NCBI GenBank assembly: GCA_964463915.1
Contig: CAYXEH010000001.1
Span: 67,293-131,292 of the forward strand
DNA length: 64,000 nt
Reading direction: 5' to 3'
Source of the DNA: an uncultured Bacteroidales bacterium
GTDB taxonomy: Bacteria; Bacteroidota; Bacteroidia; Bacteroidales; UBA7960
In this document: piece by piece, positions 18,739 through 29,000 of the stretch
Layout: each line of letters starts with the position of its first letter
How positions within the stretch are numbered: the stretch's first letter is position 1
Notes under the pieces: generated by a model
Databases searched by the model: none
Seen by the model: only the letters and a program-made list of their open reading frames with translations
What the model was told of the DNA's origin: nothing
Program-made: the position numbers and the translations under genes

Positions 18739-18851
18739 AGTCAATTAATTTAAAGGATAAATCCGGGATACATGCTTTACGATCGCAAAAAGGAGAAACA
18801 CAATCCTTCTGACTGTGAAACGAACATCCATTCAGAAAAGTTACAAACAGC

Positions 18852-19367
18852 TTATTGCCTTGGCTTTGCCAGCACCTGGGTCCAGAACTTCTCAGTGCGG
18901 GCTACGCCCATCTCTTTAAAGTCTCCCTGCATGATATTCACGCAATGCTGCGGACTGGCCATCCAGCCCTCCACAACCCGGTGTTCTGCTTCCCTGTGAA
19001 CCATGGCAATATTCTCTCCTATGGTACGCCAGTCGTACCCGACCCGGTCAATTCGATCAGCAAGAACGGAATCATCACTGCCCGTATGGGCCAGAAAATC
19101 ATTCTCATACATATCGTCACTGTGAATCTGCGCCGCAGTGGCAAGGGTATCATTCCAGGTCAGGGGCTCAGCCGGAGGCTGATATTTTCCGCCGCACTCC
19201 GCACCGCTGATACGATAACCATTGATCAACTCCAGCAGCAACGCTTTATCTACTAACTTGTTGACCTCCTCCGCCCCGGCCGGGCGCAAAACAAACAACA
19301 ACGTAACAAAAACAAAAAAACCCATGTACATTTTAAGAACAACCCACATATTCAGTATGAATTTCAT
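18852..19367 (-). CDS. CAP / SCP / PR-1-like (YkwD-type) secreted protein
   Basis: N-terminal hydrophobic signal, then 'SDDMYENDFLAHTGSDDS', 'GENIA' and 'GWMASPQHCVNIM', which are typical CAP-domain motifs. Its start overlaps the PP2C stop (ATGA). Confidence 0.8.
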   Translation of the reverse strand: MKFILNMWVVLKMYMGFFVFVTLLFVLRPAGAEEVNKLVDKALLLELINGYRISGAECGGKYQPPAEPLTWNDTLATAAQIHSDDMYENDFLAHTGSDDSVLADRIDRVGYDWRTIGENIAMVHREAEHRVVEGWMASPQHCVNIMQGDFKEMGVARTEKFWTQVLAKPRQ

Positions 19368-20107
19368 ATAGTAAGAACCAATCTGACTACCGAAATATTG
19401 TCGATGCCTCCCTTTTCATTGGCAGCCTCTGCCAATGTCCGGGCATCCCCTGAACCAAGCAGGGAAGCAATCTCATTGTCATCCAGCATATCGCTAAGCC
19501 CGTCGGAACAAAGCAACAGCACATCACCTGTTGCCATGTTGCTTATCTCCCCCACCTCAATATAAGGTGCCTGTCCCGCACCAATACAATTAGCGATCAT
19601 ATTTGACGGAATACCTGGATCATTCATCAGGGCAGCCTGGCTATGGTCCTGGGTAAGCTTCACCAGTTTTCCTCCTGAATAATGATACAACCTGCTGTCA
19701 CCGGCATGAATCCAGAAAACACCGTTATGTAAAAACAACAAGCCGCAGACTGTGGTTCCCATCCCGGCATATGCAGGATTCTCGTCACCCAGGTGTACCA
19801 GGTGCCAATGGACATCCTTTACCCATCCTGTGAACTCCTCTCTGAGCGTGACTATATCTGCATCAGACGACAAGTTCTCCGTGAACACTTTAAGGTGCTC
19901 CAATACCTCACGACTCGCCACTTCCCCCGCCCTGTGACCACCTAGTCCGTCAGCCACTGCAAAAACCGGGGTATCCTTTTTTGTGAAAGATCGCCTGCAA
20001 AAATCATCTGTAAAAACGAGGCCATCAAGCAGCACATGATCCTCATTGTGGTTACGTACCAGGCCTTTATGTGAAAAACCCTCCGCAGTGATTATAAAAT
20101 TTTTCAT
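19364..20107 (-). CDS. PP2C-family Ser/Thr protein phosphatase
   Basis: 'NEDHVL', 'FAVADGLGGHRAGEVAS', 'GMGTTV', 'LLLCSDGLSD' and 'GGIDNISVV', the conserved PPM metal-binding motifs. Confidence 0.9.
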   Translation of the reverse strand: MKNFIITAEGFSHKGLVRNHNEDHVLLDGLVFTDDFCRRSFTKKDTPVFAVADGLGGHRAGEVASREVLEHLKVFTENLSSDADIVTLREEFTGWVKDVHWHLVHLGDENPAYAGMGTTVCGLLFLHNGVFWIHAGDSRLYHYSGGKLVKLTQDHSQAALMNDPGIPSNMIANCIGAGQAPYIEVGEISNMATGDVLLLCSDGLSDMLDDNEIASLLGSGDARTLAEAANEKGGIDNISVVRLVLTI

Positions 20108-20213
20108 TATACTTTTCAGGCTTTTGTGGTTTGAGCTATATGGACATTCAATGTAAATGTATGAATAATAAAAAAAAAAGAAGGTTATCTTTGATTAAGA
20201 TTATCGACCAACT

Positions 20214-23129
20214 ATGTCAGGATCAGGCAAAACATTTTTTTTATTATTCTTCCTTCAGCTGCTGAGTTTGTCCGGCATCGCACAGATCAAAGGAATCGGG
20301 CTGCCTTTTATCGTTAACCATCCCCGCGACATCTACAATGCGGGCACCCAGAACTGGTCGGCTACACAAGGCAGCAACGGGTTTATGTATTTTGGTAATA
20401 ATGACGGGGTACTGGAATATAACGGAAATGAATGGAATTTATACCCCATGCCCAATAATTCGGTGGTCCGTGAAGTAATGGCAAGCGGAGATTCGATTTT
20501 TGCCGGCGCATTCGAGGAAATTGGTTACCTCGCCCCTGGTGAAGACGGTCATCTCTCATGGAATTCCCTGACCCACCTGATCCCCACGCAATATCGGAAT
20601 TTTGATGAGGTATGGAATATTTATAAAGACGGAGACAGGATTATTTTTCAGTCATTCGAATACATTTTCATCATTGAAGGCACCGGGGTTGAGGTAATAG
20701 AACCCGAGAAAAGTTTTGGCTTCATGCATCAGACTGATGAGGCATTTTATGTAACTGAAGAAGAGCAAGGCCTGCTGCGTCTTGAGGACAATACACTGAT
20801 TCCGGTGAGTGATCATCCTGTATTTTTCCGCAATGAGATCAGTTGCATTGTTTCCCACGATTATGACCGTATGCTGATCGGCACCTCCAATGAAGGAATT
20901 TTTATCATGGATGGCAAGGATATGACCCCATGGCAAGGTGAGATCAACGCCTTTTTACTTGCGGATAACCTGTATTCGGGGATCCGGCTCAGTGACGGAA
21001 ACCTGGCATTCGGCTCTGTCAGTGAGGGAGTCTTCATTACTGACAGAGACGGAAACATTCTGCAACACCTGAACCGGACCAAAGGCCTTCAGAACAATAC
21101 CATACTTGACATGTTCCAGGACCGGCACAATAACTTGTGGATGGGGCTCGATAACGGAATAGACTATGTGGAGATCAGTTCTCCGATTACCATGTTTGAC
21201 CACAATTACAATATCGAAAGCGTTTATGCCACCCTCGTACATAACAATATCCTGTATGTCGGAACCAATCAGGGTCTTTTTGCCGCCCGCATGGAATATA
21301 TGGGTAATTGGGCCAATGACCGCACAGGGTTCCGCCTGATTGAAGGAACCAGGGGGCAGGTATGGAGCCTGGAGGTAATAGACAACACCCTTTTGTGCGG
21401 TCACAATTACGGGGCATTCCAGGTAGAGGGATTCAGCGCCAGACAAATCTCCGACATAAGGGGGTTCTGGTCATTTTTAAAACCTGAGACAACCGGTGAT
21501 ATGATAATCGCAGGTACTTACAATGGGCTGGTCAGGTTGCGAAACCAGGATGGGAACTGGCAAATGGCGGGCGAAATCACCGGATTCAGGGAATCAAGCC
21601 GCAATATTTTTCTTGACGATAACAATGTAATGTGGATTGCCCACGGATATCGGGGGTTATTTAAACTGGAGTTAAACAGCGACCTGTCACAGGTACAAAA
21701 CGTGTACCTATACCATAATGAAGCCAACCTGCCTGTTGATCTTCCGTACAATATTCAGGAAATTCAAGGTGAGATGCGCGTGACTACCCGCGATGGAATT
21801 TATTATTACAACCACAACCTGAAGACCTTTGTGCCGGACAATAACCTGAACGATTTGTTCAGAAACAAGGGATTTATTGATAAAATTTACCAGGATGAGA
21901 GCGGGAGCCTATGGTATTATACCGACGATTACCTTGGGGTGATGCGAATGCTGGAAGATGGAACTTATCGCAACATTACTTCTCCCTTTACCAGGATAAA
22001 CCCCTTTTTGCTGCCTGCATTTCAGAATCTGTTCAGGTTGGATCAGAATCATGTTTTTATTGGCTCCCAAAACGGACTGATTCATTATGATCCAGGGATC
22101 ATTAATGAATACCAGCAAACGGAAAAGATCTTCTTTACAGAGATTCTCTTCTATGGCCGGCAAAAATGGGATTCATTACTGACATACAGTGATGAAATTC
22201 AAGAAAACCGGACAAATGTGCCTGTAAAGCCCCACGCAATGAATTCTGTCAGGTTCAGGTTTACCACCCCAATTTATGAAAACCCTGATGAGGTCAGGTT
22301 CTCTTTCAGACTGCTTGGTTTTGAAACTGAATGGTCTGACTGGACAGTGAATAATTTTAAAGAATATACCAACTTACGGGAAGGAGATTATGTGTTTGAA
22401 ATCAAGGCACAGAATGCCTTCGGGGTCGAAAGTGCTCCCAAAAGGTTTGACTTTACCATCGAACCCCCATTGCATCGGTCAACCATTGCTTACGTGGTTT
22501 ACGGTTTGTTGCTGGCCATCATCATTGGGGCAAATGCCTATTATCTCCGAAAAAGAATACTAAGGATCAGGCAAAGAGAAAAAGTCAGGCATGAAAAAAG
22601 GCTGGCAAGAAAAGAGGAAATTTTTAAAGCACAGACAGCCCTGAGTGAAAAAGAAATTATCGAATTGCGCAACGAGGGGCTTAAAAATGAAATGCAGCAC
22701 AAAAACAAAGAGCTGGCCAATGCCACGATGCATCTCATTCAGAAAAACAAAACCCTTACAGAATTAAAAAATGACCTTGCCGGGTTGTTGAAGAATATGC
22801 CGGTCGATCACCCCGACAGACAGCATGTAAACAATCTGTTGAAGAAAGTAAACAGGGACCTGCGCAATGAAAAACACTGGGAACTGTTCAACAGCTATTT
22901 TGATGAAGTACATCAGGACTTCCTGAACAGGCTCAAAGAAAAACACAGTGATCTGATGCCAAAAGAGTTGCGGCTCTGTGCATACCTTCGCATGAACCTG
23001 TCAACGAAAGAAATTGCCCCACTGATGAATATTTCTGTGCGTGGAGTGGAAATCAGCAGATACCGGTTACGGAAGAAACTAAAACTGAATAAACACATCA
23101 ACCTCACGGATTACATGATGTCACAATAA
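20214..23129 (+). CDS. Transmembrane one-component regulator: periplasmic two-component-regulator-propeller repeats + Y_Y_Y domain, one TM helix, coiled coil, LuxR-type HTH
   Basis: Signal peptide and about 750 aa of beta-propeller-like repeats. 'NLREGDYVFEIKAQN' is Y_Y_Y-like. TM helix 'IAYVVYGLLLAIIIGANAYYL'. C-terminal 'LSTKEIAPLMNISVRGVEISRYRLRKKL' is a LuxR/GerE HTH. No kinase or receiver domains are present. Confidence 0.85.
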   Translation: MSGSGKTFFLLFFLQLLSLSGIAQIKGIGLPFIVNHPRDIYNAGTQNWSATQGSNGFMYFGNNDGVLEYNGNEWNLYPMPNNSVVREVMASGDSIFAGAFEEIGYLAPGEDGHLSWNSLTHLIPTQYRNFDEVWNIYKDGDRIIFQSFEYIFIIEGTGVEVIEPEKSFGFMHQTDEAFYVTEEEQGLLRLEDNTLIPVSDHPVFFRNEISCIVSHDYDRMLIGTSNEGIFIMDGKDMTPWQGEINAFLLADNLYSGIRLSDGNLAFGSVSEGVFITDRDGNILQHLNRTKGLQNNTILDMFQDRHNNLWMGLDNGIDYVEISSPITMFDHNYNIESVYATLVHNNILYVGTNQGLFAARMEYMGNWANDRTGFRLIEGTRGQVWSLEVIDNTLLCGHNYGAFQVEGFSARQISDIRGFWSFLKPETTGDMIIAGTYNGLVRLRNQDGNWQMAGEITGFRESSRNIFLDDNNVMWIAHGYRGLFKLELNSDLSQVQNVYLYHNEANLPVDLPYNIQEIQGEMRVTTRDGIYYYNHNLKTFVPDNNLNDLFRNKGFIDKIYQDESGSLWYYTDDYLGVMRMLEDGTYRNITSPFTRINPFLLPAFQNLFRLDQNHVFIGSQNGLIHYDPGIINEYQQTEKIFFTEILFYGRQKWDSLLTYSDEIQENRTNVPVKPHAMNSVRFRFTTPIYENPDEVRFSFRLLGFETEWSDWTVNNFKEYTNLREGDYVFEIKAQNAFGVESAPKRFDFTIEPPLHRSTIAYVVYGLLLAIIIGANAYYLRKRILRIRQREKVRHEKRLARKEEIFKAQTALSEKEIIELRNEGLKNEMQHKNKELANATMHLIQKNKTLTELKNDLAGLLKNMPVDHPDRQHVNNLLKKVNRDLRNEKHWELFNSYFDEVHQDFLNRLKEKHSDLMPKELRLCAYLRMNLSTKEIAPLMNISVRGVEISRYRLRKKLKLNKHINLTDYMMSQ

Positions 23130-23196
23130 ATTACTGACAGTTGAGAAAATCCTTTCCCTCTTAATTATATTTATAAAATGCTGTTTTTCAAGCACC

Positions 23197-23259
23197 ATTA
23201 CATTCAATGATGTAATCATGATGTAGTAAAAATATTGCTTGTTGCAATCATGATGTAAT
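23197..23259. promoter_or_regulatory. Cluster of ATGATGTA(A/G)T decamers plus an ATTACAT-N6-ATGTAAT inverted repeat (candidate operator/activator site for the PUL)
   Basis: Decamers lie at 23207-23216, 23218-23227 and 23250-23259. Extended 13-mers (T/C)AATCATGATGTA lie at 23213-23225 and 23245-23257. An inverted half-site sits at 23197-23203. The cluster is directly upstream of the -33 box. Confidence 0.45.
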
Positions 23260-23266
23260 TAATTAT

Positions 23267-23297
23267 TTTGATTACAACCCTCCCTCACCTATGTTTG
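23267..23297 (+). promoter_or_regulatory. Canonical Bacteroidota sigma-A promoter (TTTG-N19-TAtgTTTG) for the PUL operon
   Basis: TTTG at 23267-23270 and TATGTTTG at 23290-23297, about 65 nt upstream of the first PUL ATG (23364). Confidence 0.55.
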
Positions 23298-23363
23298 TCT
23301 TAAAAGTGATCGCCTCAGATCAATGGCTTATCTAAAATTTATTATTTAAACACCTTAAACAAC

Positions 23364-24863
23364 ATGATCATGAAAAAACACAATTTTGAAAAATTTTTCA
23401 GGCGTGCGCTCTTTCTTATCGGAGCATTAAGCATTATTGCTTTTCTTCCATCCTGCGAGGATGATGAAGAACCCATTCCCGATGATCCCATTGCCAGTTT
23501 TCAATTTGAGGTCAGTGAAGACAACTGGCAAACGGTTGCCTTTACCAACTTTTCCCAGAATGCTGAAACATACAGCTGGGATTTTGGTGACGGCAATTCA
23601 TCCACCGAAGAAAATCCGACACATGATTACGACGAGGCCGGTGAATATACAGTAATACTAACCGCAACCAATAGTGTGGGTGAGACCGACACATTTTCAG
23701 AAGATGTGGTAATTGAAGATCCTTTCGAGGCGCTCAGGAGAATTGCCGGTGATGACCAAAAAACATGGAAACTCTGGCGGGGGGAAGGAACCACCCTGGG
23801 TGTCGGCCCTGATGCGGAAGGTGCACGCACCTGGTGGTCCTTATCCAATGACGGCACCACTCCATGCAGGTATTACCACGAATTTACCTTCCATCTTGAC
23901 GGAACTTTCGAATTTGATGACAATGGGGTGTTTTTCGGAGATGCAGTATTATTCGGCGGAACCGAACTTGCAGATTCCTGTTTTGAAGCCACTGCTGAAA
24001 ACATGACAGGCCCCGATGGACAGGATTATAGCCCACTGTTGAGCGGAACACATGAGTACGAATTTGATCCCAACACCAATACCGTTACTTTAAATGGGCT
24101 GGGTGCATGGATGGGCCTTCCGCAGCTGACAACCACAGAGGAAAGCAATGAACTGGTTGAACAGAAATCCTTTCAGATAAGTGTGGAAGAACAAGAGGGG
24201 TATGACCTGCTGTATGTTTCCTATAGTTATGAGGATCTTTACTGGGATTTCACCTATGCACACTATTACGATGAATCACTGGAGCCTGATGTGGTGGAAG
24301 AAGTACAAGAAGTGCCAGATCTTGAAAGCATCACTCCTACCGAACTTGGTCACACATTTGAGTCTGATGAAAGTTTCGACTTATTAGGCGACCTAGATGG
24401 CGGTGTATCAATTATTACCACGGGTGTGGATGATCCTGCAGATGCAGAAGCAACCAAAGTGGGTAAACTGGAAAGAACAGCTGATCAGTATCAGGAAGCC
24501 CAACTCAGAGTATCTCCTGAACCAAAAAATATTCAGTTTGATAACTTCACTAAAGTTTCTTTGGATGTATATCTGCCCAGCGACAATGACTATGATCCGT
24601 TGACCAGAAAATTAATTATCGGTTTTGGTGATATGCATACCACAGAAGAGTGGTGGAACGCATTGATTCAACACGAATCAGAGGAGTTGGCATTGGATGA
24701 ATGGGTGACTGTGACATTTGAATTGGATAATCCATCCTTCTCATCGAATGAAGGTGAGACTGTGTACGACCGTGAAAATCTGGACATGATATTTATACAA
24801 ATTGGAGGCTCAGCTCATACAACAGCAGCTGATTTCTACATTCGTAACCTTGTTTTTGAATAA
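23364..24863 (+). CDS. PKD-domain surface lipoprotein, probable surface glycan-binding protein (SGBP-B-like)
   Basis: Lipobox 'FLPSCEDD'. PKD motif 'YSWDFGDGNSSTEENPTHDYDEAGEYTVILTATN'. The remainder is acidic and beta-rich. It is the first gene of the PUL. Confidence 0.8.
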   Translation: MIMKKHNFEKFFRRALFLIGALSIIAFLPSCEDDEEPIPDDPIASFQFEVSEDNWQTVAFTNFSQNAETYSWDFGDGNSSTEENPTHDYDEAGEYTVILTATNSVGETDTFSEDVVIEDPFEALRRIAGDDQKTWKLWRGEGTTLGVGPDAEGARTWWSLSNDGTTPCRYYHEFTFHLDGTFEFDDNGVFFGDAVLFGGTELADSCFEATAENMTGPDGQDYSPLLSGTHEYEFDPNTNTVTLNGLGAWMGLPQLTTTEESNELVEQKSFQISVEEQEGYDLLYVSYSYEDLYWDFTYAHYYDESLEPDVVEEVQEVPDLESITPTELGHTFESDESFDLLGDLDGGVSIITTGVDDPADAEATKVGKLERTADQYQEAQLRVSPEPKNIQFDNFTKVSLDVYLPSDNDYDPLTRKLIIGFGDMHTTEEWWNALIQHESEELALDEWVTVTFELDNPSFSSNEGETVYDRENLDMIFIQIGGSAHTTAADFYIRNLVFE

Positions 24864-24917
24864 TCTCACTTAAGGGTTGCAGGAGCTATAAGTTCCTGCA
24901 ACCCATTGTTATATCCC

Positions 24918-26036
24918 ATGAATTTCCCCTCGATACCCAGATATATGTTATTGTGGATACTGCTAATAACAGCAGTTGCCTGCGAAAGCGAAGAAATCCT
25001 GGACAATAAGGAGCCGGCAGACCTGCAGGTTGAAATCACCCCGGATCCCGAAATAAGCGGGAAGGTACTGATTGAAGCCTCTGCAGATAATGCTGAGGAA
25101 TATCAACTCCGGATCGGTCAGGATCAGGAGCCTGTGGAAACCAATACTGACGGGCTGTTCGAATATACATTTGAAATTTCGGGGCTTTTCAATATTGATG
25201 TCAGGGCCTACGGCAGTTCCGGCAGATACCTCAGGAAGGAGATTCCCTACCAGGTAGTCATTGAACAGGACAGCGTCCCCGTAGGTGAAGGATATACCAC
25301 TCCGCTTTCTTATGACGGATATGACCTGGTTTGGCATGATGAGTTCGAAGGAGACAAGGTCAATCCTGAATATTGGGTATTTGAATCAGGGGATGGTTGC
25401 CCCGGTCTTTGCGGATGGGGCAACAATGAAATGCAATATTACCGGGAGGAGAATGCCCGGGTCGCGGACGGCGTGCTGACCATTGAAGCAAGACGGGAAG
25501 ATTTTGGCGGGAAAAGATACACATCCGCAAGAATAAAGACCGAGGGCAAACAATCTTTTCAATACGGACGGATTGATATCAGGGCATTGCTGCCCGAAGG
25601 ACAGGGAATCTGGCCGGCCCTCTGGATGCTGGGCAATGACATTGAAACCGTCGGGTGGCCCCGGTGCGGGGAGATCGACATTATGGAAATGATTGGCGGG
25701 AACAGCAGGGAAAATCAGGTACACGGAACACTTCACTGGGACAGCAACGGACATGCTTCTGCGGGAGGCAGTTACACAAAATCTTCAGGAACCTTTGCCG
25801 ATGAATACCATGTTTTTTCGATCATCTGGGATGAAACTTACATCAGATGGTTTGTAAACGACATTCAATTTCATGAGATTCTCATTACACCCGCCCATAT
25901 GACAGAATTTCATCAGAAGTTTTTCTTTATTTTCAACGTGGCGGTGGGCGGAAACTGGCCCGGCAATCCGGATGAATCGACCACATTTCCACAACAGATG
26001 AAAGTAGATTATGTCCGGGTTTTCCAGGAAAATTAA
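24918..26036 (+). CDS. GH16 endo-beta-1,3-glucanase (laminarinase), lipoprotein
   Basis: Lipobox 'ITAVAC'. 'LVWHDEFEGD'. GH16 catalytic motif 'GEIDIMEMIG' (ExDxxE). 'WPALWMLG'. The ORF-track start at 24906 is a TTG, so I used the first ATG at 24918. Confidence 0.9.
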   Translation: MNFPSIPRYMLLWILLITAVACESEEILDNKEPADLQVEITPDPEISGKVLIEASADNAEEYQLRIGQDQEPVETNTDGLFEYTFEISGLFNIDVRAYGSSGRYLRKEIPYQVVIEQDSVPVGEGYTTPLSYDGYDLVWHDEFEGDKVNPEYWVFESGDGCPGLCGWGNNEMQYYREENARVADGVLTIEARREDFGGKRYTSARIKTEGKQSFQYGRIDIRALLPEGQGIWPALWMLGNDIETVGWPRCGEIDIMEMIGGNSRENQVHGTLHWDSNGHASAGGSYTKSSGTFADEYHVFSIIWDETYIRWFVNDIQFHEILITPAHMTEFHQKFFFIFNVAVGGNWPGNPDESTTFPQQMKVDYVRVFQEN

Positions 26037-26071
26037 CATTGTTTGAATAACCAACCAAAATATTCAAGAAC

Positions 26072-29000
26072 ATGAAACAATCATTTTTGTCCCTCCTGTT
26101 ACTGATTGCAGGATTATTCCTTGTTTCATCAGTACAAAGTCAAACAATCAGGGGGGTGGTTACAGATGCCTCAAGCGGTGAAACACTCCCCGGTGCCAGC
26201 ATAAGAGTTAAAGATGCCACGCTGGGTACAACCACTGAAATTGACGGCGATTACAGCTTAAACCTCCCTGCCGGGTCCCATACGATCATTTACAGTTTCG
26301 TCGGATTCAGCACACAGGAAATTTCAATCACCATCGAAGAAGGAGAAACAATCGTTCGCGATATCTCCATGGAACCGGCTGCCCTGACCTTTGAAGAGAC
26401 TGTTGTGATCGGTTATGGCAGTCAGCAGAAAATTGTAACCACAGGTTCCATTTCAAGCATTGATTCCGAAGCTATCAACAGAATTCCCTTACTTCGTACA
26501 GAACAAGCCCTACAGGGACAAACTGCAGGGGTACAGGTCACAAGTCTCTCCGGTCAGCCCGGTGAGGCACCTACCGTAAGAATCCGTGGTGCAGGTACCA
26601 CTGGTGATGCAGAGCCACTTTATATTGTTGACGGGATGGCCGTCGGCGGTATAGATTACCTGAACCCTGGTGACATCGAATCCATTGACGTACTGAAAGA
26701 TGCGGCCTCTGCCGCCATTTACGGTGCCAGGGCGGCCAACGGCGTGGTACTTATCACCACCAAAACCGGTACAGAAGGTCAGATGAACGTCAGTTACTCC
26801 GGTTATCAGGGAATACAGAATGCAGCCCGCACCATCGACATGCTGAATGCCGAGCAGTATCGTATGATGATGAATGAAGGCGCCAGAAATTCCGGACTCA
26901 CCGAACCTTTTGACCCTAACGAGATCCCGGCTCACGATACAGATTGGCAGGACGCACTCTTTCAATCAGATGTACCAATGTTCAATCACCAGCTATCCGT
27001 CAACGGAGGAACTGACAAATCCACTTATGCCTCTTCCATGTCTTATTTTTCCCAGCAAGGCATCATTGGCGGAGAAAAATCGAAATTCGACCGGATTACC
27101 GCCAGGCTGAATTCAGACCACCAGGTCAATGATTTTTTTAATTTTGGCAGCAACCTTTCATATACACATACCTCACAAAGGGGGATCGCCAGCAATGCGT
27201 CTTTCAATGCCGCATACGGAAGTGCACTGAACCTGGACCCACTTACCCCTGTATTCCAGGAGGATGAAAACATACTGGCACAGCGCCCTTATTCCACCGA
27301 GCCTGTTGTTACCAATGATCGGGGGCAGGTTTACGGTATTTCCGACTTTGTGGGTGCAGAAATTGTGAACCCACTGGCACTGCTTGAAACCCAACGGGGC
27401 GAAACGCGGGTAGACAAGTTCGTGGGAAACATGTATGGTGAAGTTGAAATACTTGAAAGTTTAAGATTTAAATCCACCCTGGGCCTCGACCTTGGCTATG
27501 TAGTCAATGATTCCCACACCCCTTTGTTTTACCTCAACGGAGCCCAGCTCAATACAGACAAAACAACCGTTTCCAAAAACATCAACCGCTTCCATACCTG
27601 GCAGTTTGAGAACACCCTCTCTTACAACAGGCAAATTCAGGAACACAACATTTCGGGCCTGATCGGGGTAACCGCAAGAAAATTTAACTTCGAAGATCTA
27701 TCAGGGTTTAATGCCGACGTATCCACGGCTGATCCGGATAATGTCTATCTCAGTATGGCACGCGACACCGTCTGGACAGCATACGGAGGAGCAAACCATT
27801 CCGCCCTGTTGTCACAGTTCGGCCGGATTCTTTATGATTACAAAAGCACCTATTCTTTAAACATCACCCTTCGCAGAGACGGATCATCCAAATTCGGCGC
27901 AAATAACCGTTATGGCATCTTTCCCTCTGTAGGTACCTCATGGAACATTAGTTATGAGGATTTCTTTCCTGAACTGGGGCCTGTAAACCTTGTAAAACTC
28001 AAAGCCTCATGGGGAATCAACGGAAACCAGGAAATTGGTGATTATCAGTTCCTTTCGACTATGGACATGAGCCGCGGTTATATTTTCGGCGGAGGAAGGG
28101 CATTCGGTGCGTCTCCCTCATTTATAGACAATCCGGATATACGATGGGAAGAGTCTGAACAAATCGATATCGGATTTGAGATGGGGGCCTTTGAGAACCG
28201 GCTCAATGCAGCATTTGACTATTACATTAAAACCACAAGCGGCCTTCTGGAAAGAATTCCCATACCTGCCCATGTGGGCAATGATCCGCCCTTTGCAAAT
28301 GTCGGAAGTGTACAGAACAGGGGCGTGGAACTCTCGCTGGACTGGCGGCATTATTCAAATAATGTCCGGTATTCAATTGGCATTAATGGCGCCTATAACC
28401 AGAACGAAATGACCAAAATCGGCAACGAAGAAGGGGTACTTCCCGGGGCAACCTGGGCAGTAGCAGGCATGGTAACCCGTGCGGAAATCGGCAGGCCAAT
28501 TGGTTACTTCTGGGGGTACAAAACCAACGGCATCTTCCAGAATATGGCCGAAGTATACCAGCATATCAACAATCAGGGTAGGTTGCTTCAGCCCAGTGCG
28601 AAGCCCGGAGATGTGCGCTTTGTAGATGTAAACGATGACGGCGTAATCAACTCCAACGACAGGACCATGATCGGAAATCCTACCCCCGCCTGGACATTTG
28701 GCATGGATGCAAATATTGAGTACAGACAATTTGACCTGGCTGTACTTTTTATCGGAAGCTACGGAAACGATGTCTTCAATGGCATGCAGCGGCCTGACCT
28801 CCGTTATACGAACCGGACTACAGACATACTGAATCGATGGACCGGTGAAGGCACTTCCAACACTGTTCCGAGATTTACGTGGATCGACAGGAACAACAAT
28901 AACAGGATATCTGATCTGTACATTGAAGACGGATCTTTTTTGAGGTTGAAAAACGTTCAGATCGGATATAATTTCCCGGAAAGAATTACCGGAAGGATAA

